Below, in pieces: positions 51,500-64,000 of a DNA stretch of 64,000 bases; positions within the stretch are counted from its first letter, which is position 1; every line of letters starts with the position of its first letter. Origin of the DNA: Amphiscolops sp. MND2022 (taxonomy: Eukaryota); assembly GCA_964187785.1 (NCBI GenBank), contig OZ076409.1:43030001-43094000 (forward strand). Reading direction: 5' to 3'. The translations under genes were made by a program, and so were the position numbers. Below the pieces are notes generated by a model. The model ran no database searches. It was not told the DNA's origin and saw only the letters and a list, made by a program, of their open reading frames with translations.

Positions 51500-52070
51500 G
51501 CCTACCTTAAAAGATAATATTGCATGGTACACATGACAAAACAAATGTTTCATGATTTTCTTGTGGAACTCAGCGGAAATTTGATTACAGATATTGGGCC
51601 AAATGTCGATGCTTACTTGATATTCGAAAACGCCCCTAGCCATAGAAATAGACAAGTTTGCCATAAAAAGTTCTTTTACCGAACGGAGCTTTACCAACAA
51701 AACGCCTTCTTGTATCTTCCCCATACTTCAACGCGATAACGAGCGCTTTTTCATGTTGGAAAAGTCAGCTGAAGAATCTCCTGGCAGAAAACCAAATGTT
51801 GTTCATATCTCCAGATGAAAACCGCCGTCTAGAACACGAACTTTTTAGATTCCGAAATATGAGTCCTTAAATGAAGAAAGCAGCAGGACAGTCACTTCTG
51901 CCAAATGTAGAGCTTTGCAAAGCTTGTAGATCTGTTTTTGGATAGGAGCTGGTTTTTATTCACACGATTGCCAAATTTTCTTACACTTTCATATACATCG
52001 GAAAATTGAAGATTCTTTTCAGGACAGACATCTGTGCAGAAACGTGGTATGTGATAAATGATGATGTCTC
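51500..52070 (+). pseudogene. IS630/Tc1-mariner transposase relic
   Basis: LIFENAPSHR ... YLPHTS resembles DNAPxH ... LPPYSP; a WK..LK segment follows. Confidence 0.6.
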
Positions 52071-52138
52071 TGCAAACAAACCGAAGAGTTTTCATCATGA
52101 CCGGACGATTAGGTATATCCGATTATAACCAATCAGTT

Positions 52139-55100
52139 TGTAACCGGAGACGTTATGCATCAAGATTTGTTGTTGGAAATAGCGATTAAGTTCTAAAGTA
52201 GTATAGCATAGCAGTTCAAAAATAGTATAAACACAACGGCTTTGCATAAACACATGATAAAATACATGTACAACTACTACAATTGTAGCTTATACCATAT
52301 GTGGTTAACATCATCAAACTTATCATCTGTAATGGAGAAGTCAATGACTCATACAACTACAACTTTGCAATTCGACTTTCCATTCTCAAGTATGACTCAA
52401 TTACTGGTTTCTCAACTACAACCGCCTGAAGTTGACTCAAGCAAAGACTCCAAAGTATAATTCATAAACTTAAATTCTTGACAAATCATTTAATCCTACT
52501 GAAGAAAGCAATTGAAAAAGTCTCCCTACAAGTTTATCATGGCGCCCAATTTCTACAGCTACTGAATCTACACCCAGTCAAACAAAAGAAAAAATATGCC
52601 CCCTGTTTTACCTTGCTGAATAAACTTGAAAGCACTTTGCTTGCTGCTTCCTAAATTTTTACAGTTTCCCACAAAGGATCTTAAGTTTCTAGCTTGCCGT
52701 GTTTCTAAACTTCACCCTAGCTTGAATTTCGCTGGCTGAATCTAATTATTCCTAGATGTTTTAACGTGTGTAGTTACTCAACTTCTTGGTTTTCATGTAT
52801 TGCTTAGTCTGCGCCCTTGTTTTATCTGCTGCGCTGTTTTCCCAGTTTAGGTTCTTCAGTCATGCCAAACCCACAATAAAATCACTCCACTATCGTTTTT
52901 GCACAATTTCGTCGTCTGAACAAGGCAATCTTTACTGCAGTCGAAGAAAATGACCAACAGGCACAACAAAGTTTGAAAGATCATTTTGCAGAAGCTGAAC
53001 AGACAACAATGTATCTTGTTGATGATTTCCCTATAGACAACACTAAAGTTTTCACGAACTCACCTATCAGATAACAAAGTCCCCACAGCAACCAACCATA
53101 CTGATCCGCAAGTTTCGACATTACCAAAGTCACAACCAAGGATATAAACTGACCCACTCACTGGTGATCCCATGAAACTGAACATATGGCTTGACTCTTC
53201 ACCACGCTGATTGACAAACAATCTTGTTTCAGTATACCAGAAAACGACGCATTTTAAAACACTGACAACAAGGAAAGCAAGTGTAGCAGGCGCTGGGTTT
53301 TCTTTCATTGCTGATCTGTACCAGTCTGCCATGGACGATTTCGGACTGAAGATTGACTAAAGCGACAATTTGGACTCCCATACATCATAGCAACTTCCTT
53401 GCCCAACTACACACACAAAGACCACGCTCGACATACACAAAAACTCTTTCATACAAATCCGAGCATTCTTGAACTGTCCAGTGGAAACATTTCAGTCTCT
53501 AGGATTTAACCATGATCTTCAATCCACAGTCTTTTTTCAGATCACTGGAAACAAACTGCAACACAAAGAAAAACTACATTGGTCACAATCCGTCATACAG
53601 AACCACCTTACTCAGCCGAACGTTATCATTATCATTTGGTTACGCGATTTCGTCCTTGCCTGCGAACCATATGCCTGCAGACAATCCAACAATCAATCGG
53701 ACAATACAACAACAAGAATATCTGCCAAACGGAATAATCAGTGCGCTAAACACGTCGACAAAAGATCAAAATCAACCACAGCAGAGTTTTCCTTTCGAAA
53801 AGCAATTACATCATCCGTCTCATTGCAACATCATCATCGTGTCTCTCCTGCAAGCCAAACGGACGCTCGTCCAAGAACAATACTTGTGCTTGAATTGTCT
53901 AGGATCTCATTTCGTCAAAGATTGCTCGTCAAGAAATGTCAACGCAAACATATACTGCCTCACACGACGATAATATCCAGGCGAGAAAATGCACCTTCCA
54001 ATAATTTTCACAGAACCTGTTCCACCACAGCAAAAACCAAACCAGAGCTGCCTTGGAGCATCTCAGACCATATTCCACCTCCTCATACCAAATTAAACTC
54101 CATGTTCATCACCGTACCTGTTACATTAGAACTCAACAACAACTATCTATGTCAGCACGAACGCCTTTTTGGATACGAGTAGTTTCAGTTACCTCCAAAA
54201 CTCCAAGAGCACTTTCATCAGATACCAGAAAAACTACTGAATGGAGGTTACCACCAAAGGCTTCGAATTACTGCCCACCCTGTAAACATAGAAATTCATC
54301 CATTTTGATACAACAACGAAGTTTTCAACCATCTTAACAATTATGTTGTGGATCATCTCACTCTCATATCTGAACCACAGGTCTTCAAGTCAACTTGTCA
54401 ACAACATCAACATCTTGAAGACGTCAGTTTTCCGATACCACCCGACAATTCAGTTACAGTGCTCCTCGGTGGAGACAACTTCGAGTCTTTGGTCATGAAA
54501 GGAAAAGACAACTCACCTGAAGCCATTTAAACAAAGCTGGATCGACCATTGCCCTTATTGATCAAAAATACCGTCATCGCATTTCACGTTTCGCGCCACA
54601 ATCATTAACGCCCCAGCGACATCCAATATTCAACTCTACGTTTTTGGAAAACAAACAAATATGTCACTTCGCCTGAAATCACCATGTCTGAAGACGAATG
54701 ACACGCTCTGTGAACGCTGCAGGAACTAACAACTTTCAAGGATCGCGGACACCAAGACGGTGTCCATTTGCACCTTATTGCCTCGCTAGTGAATTGCTTC
54801 CTAGCTGCAATCCAACAGTTCAGGAAAATGAAACATCGCCCCTTGAAACAAACTGGACTACACGCCTTGTACCAAGACATCACTGAGAAAAAAAGTGGAA
54901 AGGTTGGAAGTGATGTTCCTACAACTTGATGGATCCTTCCCGCACATAGTGTTTTTGTCATTACAAAGCAAAACTCAAACCAAAGCAAAGCCGAGTATCT
55001 AACATCGCAGCAAAATTCAGAAGAACTTGTTTTAATGACATGCTTCTCCAAGGTTCCCACCTTCTCGCAAACATTAGTGGGTCATTTAACGCTTTCTTCA

Positions 55101-56050
55101 AAAAAATCCCAATTTCCGACGACATCAGGAACGTACATGCAAATTTTGCTCCGCTCACACGATCGAATGTTTCTTCGTTTCCTTTGGGAGTAGTGGATCC
55201 CGAAATGTACGATACATCAGTGGCGTCACTGTCCCTGAGGAATTAAAATCGCTCTTGATAGTACAAACTAGATACCCATTGACAATTCAACTAGAACGTG
55301 CCGCTGTCTTACAGGTCCATCTTTTCTAATGAAGACCCCTGAAAACGGCCTGCCTACATACTACCAACATCTTCGGAACGAGCCGTATTCGATGAACCAA
55401 TCGATGCTGTTTCATGCCGCACTCAATATACTCAAGCAATCGACTACATCATCAATTTCGCGAAGTTTTCGTTTTGGGTTCGCTCTTTTTGTATCACCGC
55501 TTTCGTTTACCGCTCAGTTCGTGTTTTCCGTAATTCCGTCAAGAACTCCCAATGTCGTACCTCACTGCCGCTGTACCTCATAGCTGCAGATTTCACCAAC
55601 GCAAACACCAAACTTCTACAGTTTTCACAAATGCAAAATTTTTTTCCGGAAATCTCCGCCCTCACGTCGGATCGACCTCTGCCAATCAGAAGCTGAATCA
55701 ACATATTGCCGTGCATTTGGTTGCTTGGAATATTCTCAACTTGATTTTGAAAAAACCCGATCATATTAGATGGCAAGCATCCGATCTCACAGTTGCTTGT
55801 TTTTGCAACACATCGCCAGAAACAACATTTGGTTTACAACACACCCACCATGATCTCCCGGGAACTTTTTGGGTATCATCCGCTCGATCAGCCATTCGTC
55901 GCGTCATAATGCATTGCTACGACTGCCGCCGTCAACGTGCCAATGGCACACAATCACAAATGTCCGCACACCCTTCGTTTTCTTGCCGGCAGCCCTTTTT
56001 CGTTCCGCGCTACACGGTTAGACGTTATAGGCGTTTGCCTCTCAATTAAC
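52139..56050 (+). mobile_element. Decayed BEL/Pao retrotransposon (candidate 5' LTR 52139-52539, PBS, gag, PR, RT and INT remnants)
   Basis: TGTAAC...TTTATCA then TGGCGCCCAA (Lys-tRNA-type PBS); TGDPMK..WLDS; LCLNCLGSHFVKDC; NDMLLQG; FWVSSARSAIRRVIMHCYDCRR..QM. The LTR is unconfirmed because no second copy was found. Confidence 0.8.
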
Positions 56051-56124
56051 TAATGATTACCACTAACACATGTTAAGTTTACTTGAGATTTTTATGAAAT
56101 CATGAAAAACTAGCTTTGTAACAT

Positions 56125-56773
56125 AAACAAGCCGGGACCGGCCCAAGTCGGCGCCATATCCAAGGCTCAAAAATAGCAAAACGACTTCCAAGTCTCAAGT
56201 ACTCTTTTACAGTACTCGAAAATCGAAATTTTTTGAAAAAAAAATTTTCGAAAAAATTACATACTCAAAAAAAATGGATCGAGTGGCGCTAAAGTCTCAT
56301 AATGCCGAAAAACTGAAAGGGAGGACCCTTTGAGGTTTTTCAACATCCATTCTGTCGCAAAACATGAAAAAATTGAAGAAAACAAAAATTTTCATTTTCG
56401 GGAAAATATCTCACAATGCCGAAAAAAACTGAAAGGGGGACGGACCCTTTGGGATTTTTCAACATCCATTCTGTCGCAAAACATCAAAAAAATGCAGGGG
56501 GGACCCTTTGGGGAAAAATTTTTTTTCGGAAAAAAAGTCTCGCAGTGCCGAAAAAAATGAAAGGGGGGAGTCTTTGGTCTCGCCCGGTATGGTTTGTTAC
56601 GCGGAAAAACAGGAAAAACCTTTTTGGTTCAGTTCGCTAGACCAAATAGTGCATTTTGATGCAATAATATTTTGTAGAACTTTTGTAGAACTATTTTGGT
56701 CAGTTCGTGTGGATAGAAAAAAAAAGAATCACTATAATTGTCGCGTTTCACTTCATGAAGCGCCGACTAAAAA
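56125..56773 (-). mobile_element. HINE-like copy with the cleanest termini
   Basis: AAACAAGCCGGGACCGGCCCAAGTCGGCGC ... GCGCCGACTAAAAA; internal tandem ~110-120-bp units. Confidence 0.78.
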
Positions 56774-57687
56774 CACGTAAAACGTCCAAGCACTTTCAAG
56801 CAGGACAGGGTCGACCATTTAGAGATGTCATATTGTGCATTTTAAAAGTCGGTGCTTTCACCGTTTGGCACAACTAATGTTGTCGAATCAAGGTCTTAAT
56901 AGCAAACTATTTTTGATAAACTCGTAGCTCCTCTAGCTGTTGTGTGAACAGCGTTCGAAGCCTGAAAATTACTTAGTTTTGGCTCTGAACAAATAAACAA
57001 ATGTAACAAATCCATGTTTCTTTGAGCTCCGAAAACTCATTACCTGATTGCTTCTTGCTAGTTGGCAGAATAACCCTGCTTTTTGCTGACTTCAAACCCC
57101 TTGATTGTGTTCTAAAATGATTCACTTCAGATGTTGTAGGTCGTTTACACTATTGCATATCTTTCTTGCAATTCTTGAAAAGAATCTAGCATTTTTGGTA
57201 GAACCTTTGGGAAAAATCATTGAAAGATTTTTATCATGAGCGTAATGAATAAGTACGATCTTGCAAGATCAAGAGATTCCAATTCTTGAGATTCCTTGCG
57301 AGATCAAGAGTTTCAATAGAAATGCTAATAAAAAATGAAAACAAACAAGAACCGACGCCAATTGCTTCTTGATCAGCGTACCCAATAAGCCACAGCCGTT
57401 CACGCTCCAAACCATGGTAACACTTTCCGAATTTCGATATTTTGTGCTGTCCTATAACACTTCAAAAGAATTTTAAAGAATGGTAGCGTACCCGATAGAG
57501 CGAACAAAAACAAAGTAACTGTAAAAAAAATCTTGTTTGTTTTTCATGTTACAATAGACTTCGTGTAATAGCAACCTTTTGGGACCCTAAAATGTTTTAT
57601 TATACGAAGTGTCTTTTTACCCGGAGTTTGAAAAATTTTCTAAAACAAAACTGAAGTTTGAATGCATTCTAATACTAAATTTCTAAA

Positions 57688-58031
57688 TCATAACTGAATT
57701 TTATTCATATATTCAAATAGCAATTGATTGTTTTTTTTCAAGTAAAAATGGACCACTTTCAGCGATTTTTTTAGCCCTTGATTGAACCAAATCATCGAAC
57801 TCTTTTCCACTAATGCTCCTTCTGTTTTACATTGTCGATTCTGATTTAGACCTTTATATGATTCAGTATTGCAAATAATTTCATTTTTCTTGCGCTTTAA
57901 TCTTGTAACAGTAGTGCGTTCAATGTTGAACTCCTTGGCAGGATCAGATTGTGTTTGTCCGGCATCTAAACATTTGATAATTTGCATTTTCTTAGAAATT
58001 GTCAATTCGACACGTTTATCCGTTCTGCCAT
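57688..58031 (-). pseudogene. pogo/Tigger-type transposase N-terminal relic (CENP-B-like HTH)
   Basis: KRVELTISKKMQII...AKEFNIERTTVTRL.R.K..I...VEKS..IWF pattern. Confidence 0.7.
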
Positions 58032-61000
58032 TTTGTATAGCGCGTGAATTTGGATGAAATCACAACACTATCTAAAGTTTCATCGGCTGAAATTATGCAA
58101 ACAATACATAAAACAGTCATAAAAACACAGTCAAAAACTCATTGAGAGCATTAAAATATGTGTCATTATCCAAATTGTGTGAATATACGAAGTGTGAATA
58201 TCCGGAGTAATTTACATTCCACAGGGTCGGGAACTCAAAATTTTGTGTTATTACGGTTTTGGTAAATTTGAGAAGTTTGTGTGAAGCAAGAACGAACAAG
58301 ATCAAGGCTTTCAAGAGTAAACGGGAATGTGCATGAATATGCAAGATCCTGGCAAGAGTTTCAAGATTTTTTGCAGTAGGTGATTTCTGCGGTCTCATGG
58401 ATAATCAAAGTTAAAAAAACTTTCATATGATCCAAAAAGTCATCATCTCAGTATTTTTCTTAAAGTTATTCTGAAAACTATCCACCCTTCAGCTCATTCA
58501 AAGCACGTTGCGCTGTTACCGCCTAAGTGGTTGGCCGTCGATTCGAGATGTTTTCGTGTCGAGTATTGCGCTATCGTTGAAACCATGTTGTTAACTGTCC
58601 ATTGTTTTCGAAGTTAGTACCTTGTTGATGACCAGATGCTCAAGAAGCAAGTAAGGTCGACTTCTCTCTTAAAACTCAAAACGAGTAGAGTTTAATGAAT
58701 ATGCTCAAGAATATATATTAGAAACTTCTCTTTAATTTCACAGTACCATAAACATCCAAAAATATTTTTCTGGGACTCAAAAAACCCTGCTTTTACCAAA
58801 CTGAAATCGTTTTTTAAAAAAAACTTTTCTAGAAATGTTTCGTAGAAAATTTTTTTTTGGTAACGTTCGTTTTCGGAAAAATTGAAAAGTGTTGAAGGCA
58901 TCAAAAAACTCATAGTTGTGGACTCTTTGGTGAAATTAAATTTCTTTTCCAGATAACTAGCACACTGCCGAAAAATCCAACTTGGAGATCCTTTGACTGA
59001 GTGTAGTTTTCTAACCGAAAAAAAAGTTTTGAACCAGCAAAGGTTTCGAATACCCAAACTCCTGTTTCCAAGCCACTGTCACCAGGAACAGATACTGATT
59101 ACAATTTTTTGTATATAGCTAAATGCTCTATGGCTTGCCTGTAAGAGGCCTGTAAGCCACTTAGTGTGGTTCACCTCCACAATCCTGGAAGTTGAAATTT
59201 TTCTCTTTACTGACAAACCAGTTATTAAACACTGTCGCTCTGATCATTCCTTTCGAACTTGAAAGAAATCAAAATGCAATTAGAACTCGAAGTTGATGGC
59301 AAATGGATTCGCTGTGAACAATCAACTTATGCATGCTAATGGGGCAACGTTGACGTTTCTCGTATTTATTTTGAATAAATTAACTTGTCATATGAAGTTT
59401 GTGTTAACAGACCACGTTTCTTAAGTTGCGCTCAAAGTGTCAGTGGCGAAATTCCTTTCAAAAATCACTTTCTCTGACATTTTAGAACATGTTAATTGGA
59501 GTTTACAATTAAATTCAGAATTAAATTCGTTGAACATGTGTAATATTTACAACACCAACCCCCCCCCCCCGTTACACCTTGTTTCGAACTCCCCTTTACG
59601 TTCAAGATACTTGGCAATAATAAATAGAGCTGGAAAAGAATGACTATTCAATATGAAGACTTGAGTCTCAAACTTGGCTTGGCCTTCTTTTGATTTCTAA
59701 ATCTATGTTCAGCAGTTGTAGGGAGAAAAAAGTTCGAGAGAGGATGGTTTGACATAGAAAAGGTCCGTTTTCACAAAATGTTAAAGTTGACACTATGGAA
59801 ATTATACCATTTATCGCTTTCATATATTTTTGACTGATTTGATGCATTAACTTTTTCTCAAAATTTCTCAAAGTCGAACGATGCAAATTTTGCGACAATT
59901 TTGTGAAATTTTTTCGAACCGTTTTCGAATCGTTTTCAGCTGGCATTTGCAAATCTTACAAGAATCCTGTAAGAGTTAGGGTCACATAATACACTTTCTT
60001 ACAAAATTATTATCCTACAAAATCCTACAAAATACAGAAAAGTTTGTATTTTTTCTAGGGAAAACATATGTACACTTTTGAAACAAGAAATATTGAGTGA
60101 TTAAAATCTAAGTTTCCCAGTTTTTTCTTCAGCTGCGCCATAGTACTTCTGTTTGGAGAAGCTTGATGAACTCGTCTTGATTTCAACATAAAGAGTATTC
60201 AAAAAGCAGAAAAAAATTAATGAAGCAATGTATTCACTTGAACTGAAACGCGTTTAGTTTTAAATTCCGATTCGAACAAAAATTTCGTCGGCATGCATAT
60301 TCTCATTGTTAATTCTACGTTGTTTAGAACAGTTTGCTGGGGCTGCAAAATTTTTTAAATACAAACATTGTTTGTCAAGGCTTTCTTTGATTATTTCTCC
60401 ACTAAATCTTTGGTCCTAAACGTTTAAACAATATACGAACTTGTGTGTTAATACAATCAAATATCATTTTCAGAACCGCTAATTTTCTCCACGAAAAAGG
60501 CTCGATCCTTTTACAGAACCATCGATAGTGAAACAGGAATCAGCCATGCGCAACATCGATGCCGAATGGCACCCAGCTGTCTACGTGTGTGTTCAAACAA
60601 CGTCTGAGCATTAAATGGCAACTTGTTTTAATTGACAGACACTAGTTTCAAAAATTTCATCTTCATTTGAACAGCATGGATTATCAAACGTAGCTATCAT
60701 GAAGTAGACATTATCTTGGGAGAAGACTATCATACAGGAAATATTTTTTGCTGTGTTTCGGTTTTTGGTTTGTTTGAAAATATTGAGGAGTTTCTCTGCA
60801 AAATCGAAAGGAACAAAAAACTTTTAATTCAGAAGACGTGTAAAACTGGCTTGGTCTTTAACTATTTCTAATGAAACCAAAAACCTAACGAAGTCGAGCT
60901 CCTTGTTTCTGGGCCCTCGGGTTGTTTCATCCTCATTTGATTTCTATAAAAGATACCATCATGAAAAACCATTCGTAGCAGCTACAACTGGCGCTATTGT

Positions 61001-61449
61001 TAACCAGAAAAGACGATTAATAGCAAAAAATCAACATATATTGTAAGTGATATCATCACTTCTCGACTACTCGGTGCTAATTATGGATTAATTTTCCTTA
61101 ATTGATGCGTGCAATTTTCGGTTTTACGCATGAAATAACTTTTTAGTTAAATTTTTGCTTGAAATGTTTCACGTTTATAGCTCGTAATTGAATGCTTCAT
61201 AATAATTCAGAACTTCATAATAGTACTATCACAAAGTTGGTACTATGATTGGCTGCGATGATTTCTGTGCTTGCGACGAGTTGTCCGCCGGAGAAATTTC
61301 GGCAACTTTCATTTCAACGAGTTCTCCTCCTAGTATTTTCGAACTCGTTTTCATAATCAAAATGCTTCAACCCGCTGAAATAAATTTGCATGCAAAAATG
61401 TGCAAAAAATTACAATAACGAATTATGGCTGACGAAATTTTGACGAGAA

Positions 61450-62630
61450 TCCTAATAACTCCTCACCTGTTTAGGACTGAGCAAAGCGAATGTGCCTAAT
61501 AAAGATCATTTCAAGGGCTTTTGAAAACTTGAAACGTATCACTCCTGTCGATTCGTGACACTAATAAAAATGCTCTTAAATGTCCAGAGTCACAACCGGA
61601 AAGTTTCACAGGGAACAATTAGAAATTGCCTTTGTTGGCGACGGTTTTGCTATTGATAGAATAATTTAATCAGTACCTCCCTAAATAAGCAGCATCAGGA
61701 CTCTTCAATCAAATTATATACCTTGCTAACAGAAAAATGTCATGTCTAACAATGTAAATCTTCATAGATGTAGAATTTTGTTGACTTCTTTTCGGATTTT
61801 TTCTAGCCAAATAGTATTTTAAAAGAAACGTTTTCTTGGGAACATGGCTCTCTTTATAAGATCTTACCTTGGCAAAATGAATACCATGGCAAAATAAATA
61901 CCACGGCAAGATCTTATGGACATCTCATTGATTTCTAAACTATAATTGACATATATAATAACTTCCACCGAGGGAGAGAGAAAACAAAAGTGATAACTGA
62001 CATTGGCTAATGTTTCTGATCCATGCAACCAAAAAATTTTTGATCGGATTTCCAATTTTCAGTTGCAATCAATTCGGGCTATCGTTTTTATTTCGAAATT
62101 GAATTGAAGTTTTCAGTTTGATATGAGTTATCGCTAACCTGGTCTAATGTCAAAACACGATTCCAAGAAGTTTTCGATGCGACATGTTCATGCCGTTTCC
62201 AATTATGGAATTTACTGGAACCATATGGTTCAATTGAATCATTAATGCATGTACGGAACCTTCCCCATGGATCGGAATCAGGGTACTCATTGTTATCATA
62301 AAAAAGGTTTTCATTTTTTTGTCGGAAGCAAGTCTAGGTGACTTCACAATGCGGAAAAATCCTTTGTAGAGATCCTCAATGTTGAAGAGAGATCCTCAAC
62401 TGATTAAGGGACACAGGGGGAAACGATCGAATAAATGCAAAAATTTTCTGCTGCTTTTTCCTCCATTAACAACCGTTATCAGTAATGCTGATATGCCAAT
62501 ATTGCTCTTTGTCATTCATTTTCAAGGCACAGCAATCGATCGGTCACAAAAGTCATAACCGTCGCTTTTTCTTTCGCTTTGATTCACTCTTTACTCCGAC
62601 GCGCATAAAATGGATTAATTCGTGCGTCAT
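61450..62630 (-). pseudogene. Highly decayed CACTA/EnSpm-like transposase relic
   Basis: Ordered fragments resembling DxMH..LG (MNMSHRKLLGIV), WKxxE (WKSDQ), HFxLL (HFCFLS) and LWxFS (LWTFKS), spread across frames. Confidence 0.4.
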
Positions 62631-62723
62631 GGGATTTTTCAAAAAACGGAGTTAATTTATCCAACTCTTCCATGACGCAGAACCTAAAAAGCAGTCACGC
62701 TACTAATTTGATAAGGAAAACGT

Positions 62724-63581
62724 CCCAGTGACACGAATCTTGGCACGCTTGCCAAGATGCATGGGTATGCTTGCCAAGATCTTGGCAAGATCTTGCCAAG
62801 ATCTTACCAAGGCTACCATGATCATGCAAGATCATGGCAAGGCTGACCATGCGTCTTACCAAGCGTACCAAGATTTTCCATGTATCTTACCAAGCTTTTC
62901 CATGTGTCTTGCCAAGCATACCAAGATTTTTCTATCCATCTTGCCAATCCAACCAGGATTTTTTCATGCATTTTGCAAAGCATTCCAAGATTCAGTAATT
63001 AGAACCCGTTACCTCAATAGATCAGGTAATAGCATGATTTGCATAATTTTAAACAAATCATCGCTAGAAAAGTTGGTTTTCACACCGATATCGCAAACCC
63101 GCAAGTTGCAATAACTTGATTCGGAGTTTGCTTGGTATGATAAGTCATGTTAGTAGTAACAATGCCGTGCTCTCAAGTAACAAAACTCGGTCAATAGGTG
63201 CAGCGAATTATTGAGCAAATTTTGGATAATTTTCAATTAAAAACTATTTTCAATCAATAAATATTATGTCCAAAGTTATTACAATGGCTAATTCAAAAAT
63301 TGCAGACGACAAAGAATTTTTGCGAAAAGAATAAATTATGCACAATTAATACCAGCTTACATGTCTTACCATGGTTATCTTGTCAAGATCTTGCCATGAT
63401 CTTGCCATGATCTTGGCAAGCATTTCCACATGGAACGCTTGTCAAGATCTTGCCAAGATCTTGCCAAGATCTTACCAAGCGTAGCATGCATCATGTTTTT
63501 CCATGCGTCTTGGTAAGCCTACCATGCGTTTCCATGTTTTTCCAAGATCTTGGCAAGGCTACCAAGATTCGTGTCACTGGG
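62724..63581. mobile_element. Non-autonomous CMC/EnSpm-type MITE, 858 bp
   Basis: Perfect 20-bp TIR CCCAGTGACACGAATCTTGG; 2-bp TSD GT; subterminal CCAAGATCTTG arrays. Confidence 0.88.
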
Positions 63582-64000
63582 GTTGGTTACGTCGTCTTTC
63601 GTGTTTGGGAAACGAGAATGTCTTTCGAACAAAAGTCTCAAGAAACACTTGAATTTCTGTTTGTCTTTTTGAAATATCCGCGAAATTACGTAAGCATTAT
63701 AATTATCATGGTTAAGATTTCCATATTAATTGTAAGGCTCAGTCAATAGAGATTGAGGTACTCATGACATGGGTATTTGCCCGGGACAGTCGCCCATGGC
63801 CATGAACCCATTTGCCTCCTTCGGGTAAAAACTTTCCCGTCAGAGGAGGATTCCACTTCGTGTGGAATGCTCACTGGTCTGATCCAGAATGTAATTGTTA
63901 TCAGTAGCGTGAATTAGGCGTTTTCCTCGAAACTGCCGCTTAGATAGCCTTTAAAAAGTGACGGTGGTGGCGAAGGTGAATTTCTTTGTCGCAGGACACA

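Noticed and set aside
62728..63749. ORFs of 128 and 99 aa
   Set aside because: They are translations of MITE subterminal repeats.

Overview
AT-rich eukaryotic DNA with an animal-type transposon repertoire, made almost entirely of nested transposable elements. No host gene can be called with confidence. The youngest element is a near-intact Ty3/Gypsy retrotransposon (gag 6314-8032 and pol 1119-6316, minus strand). Gag and pol are joined by an A_AAA_AAC -1 frameshift site, pol has one nonsense codon in RNase H, and a dUTPase-like insert lies between protease and RT. A clean, convergent antisense ORF of unknown function (<2-877, +) follows with no intervening LTR; this is the most interesting candidate in the window. 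Other elements are: two decayed Mag-type Gypsy elements, one flanked by a ~1.23-kb duplication that replaces its 3' LTR; an LTR-bounded BEL/Pao-derived element with an atypical internal region; a BEL/Pao relic; a CR1/L2-type LINE; hAT and CMC/EnSpm-type MITEs with TIRs and TSDs; a MULE-type derivative; relics of Tc1/IS630, pogo and EnSpm transposases; and a multi-copy Helentron-like (HINE) family, some copies carrying tRNA-like segments. All family assignments come from reading motifs by eye, not from database searches.
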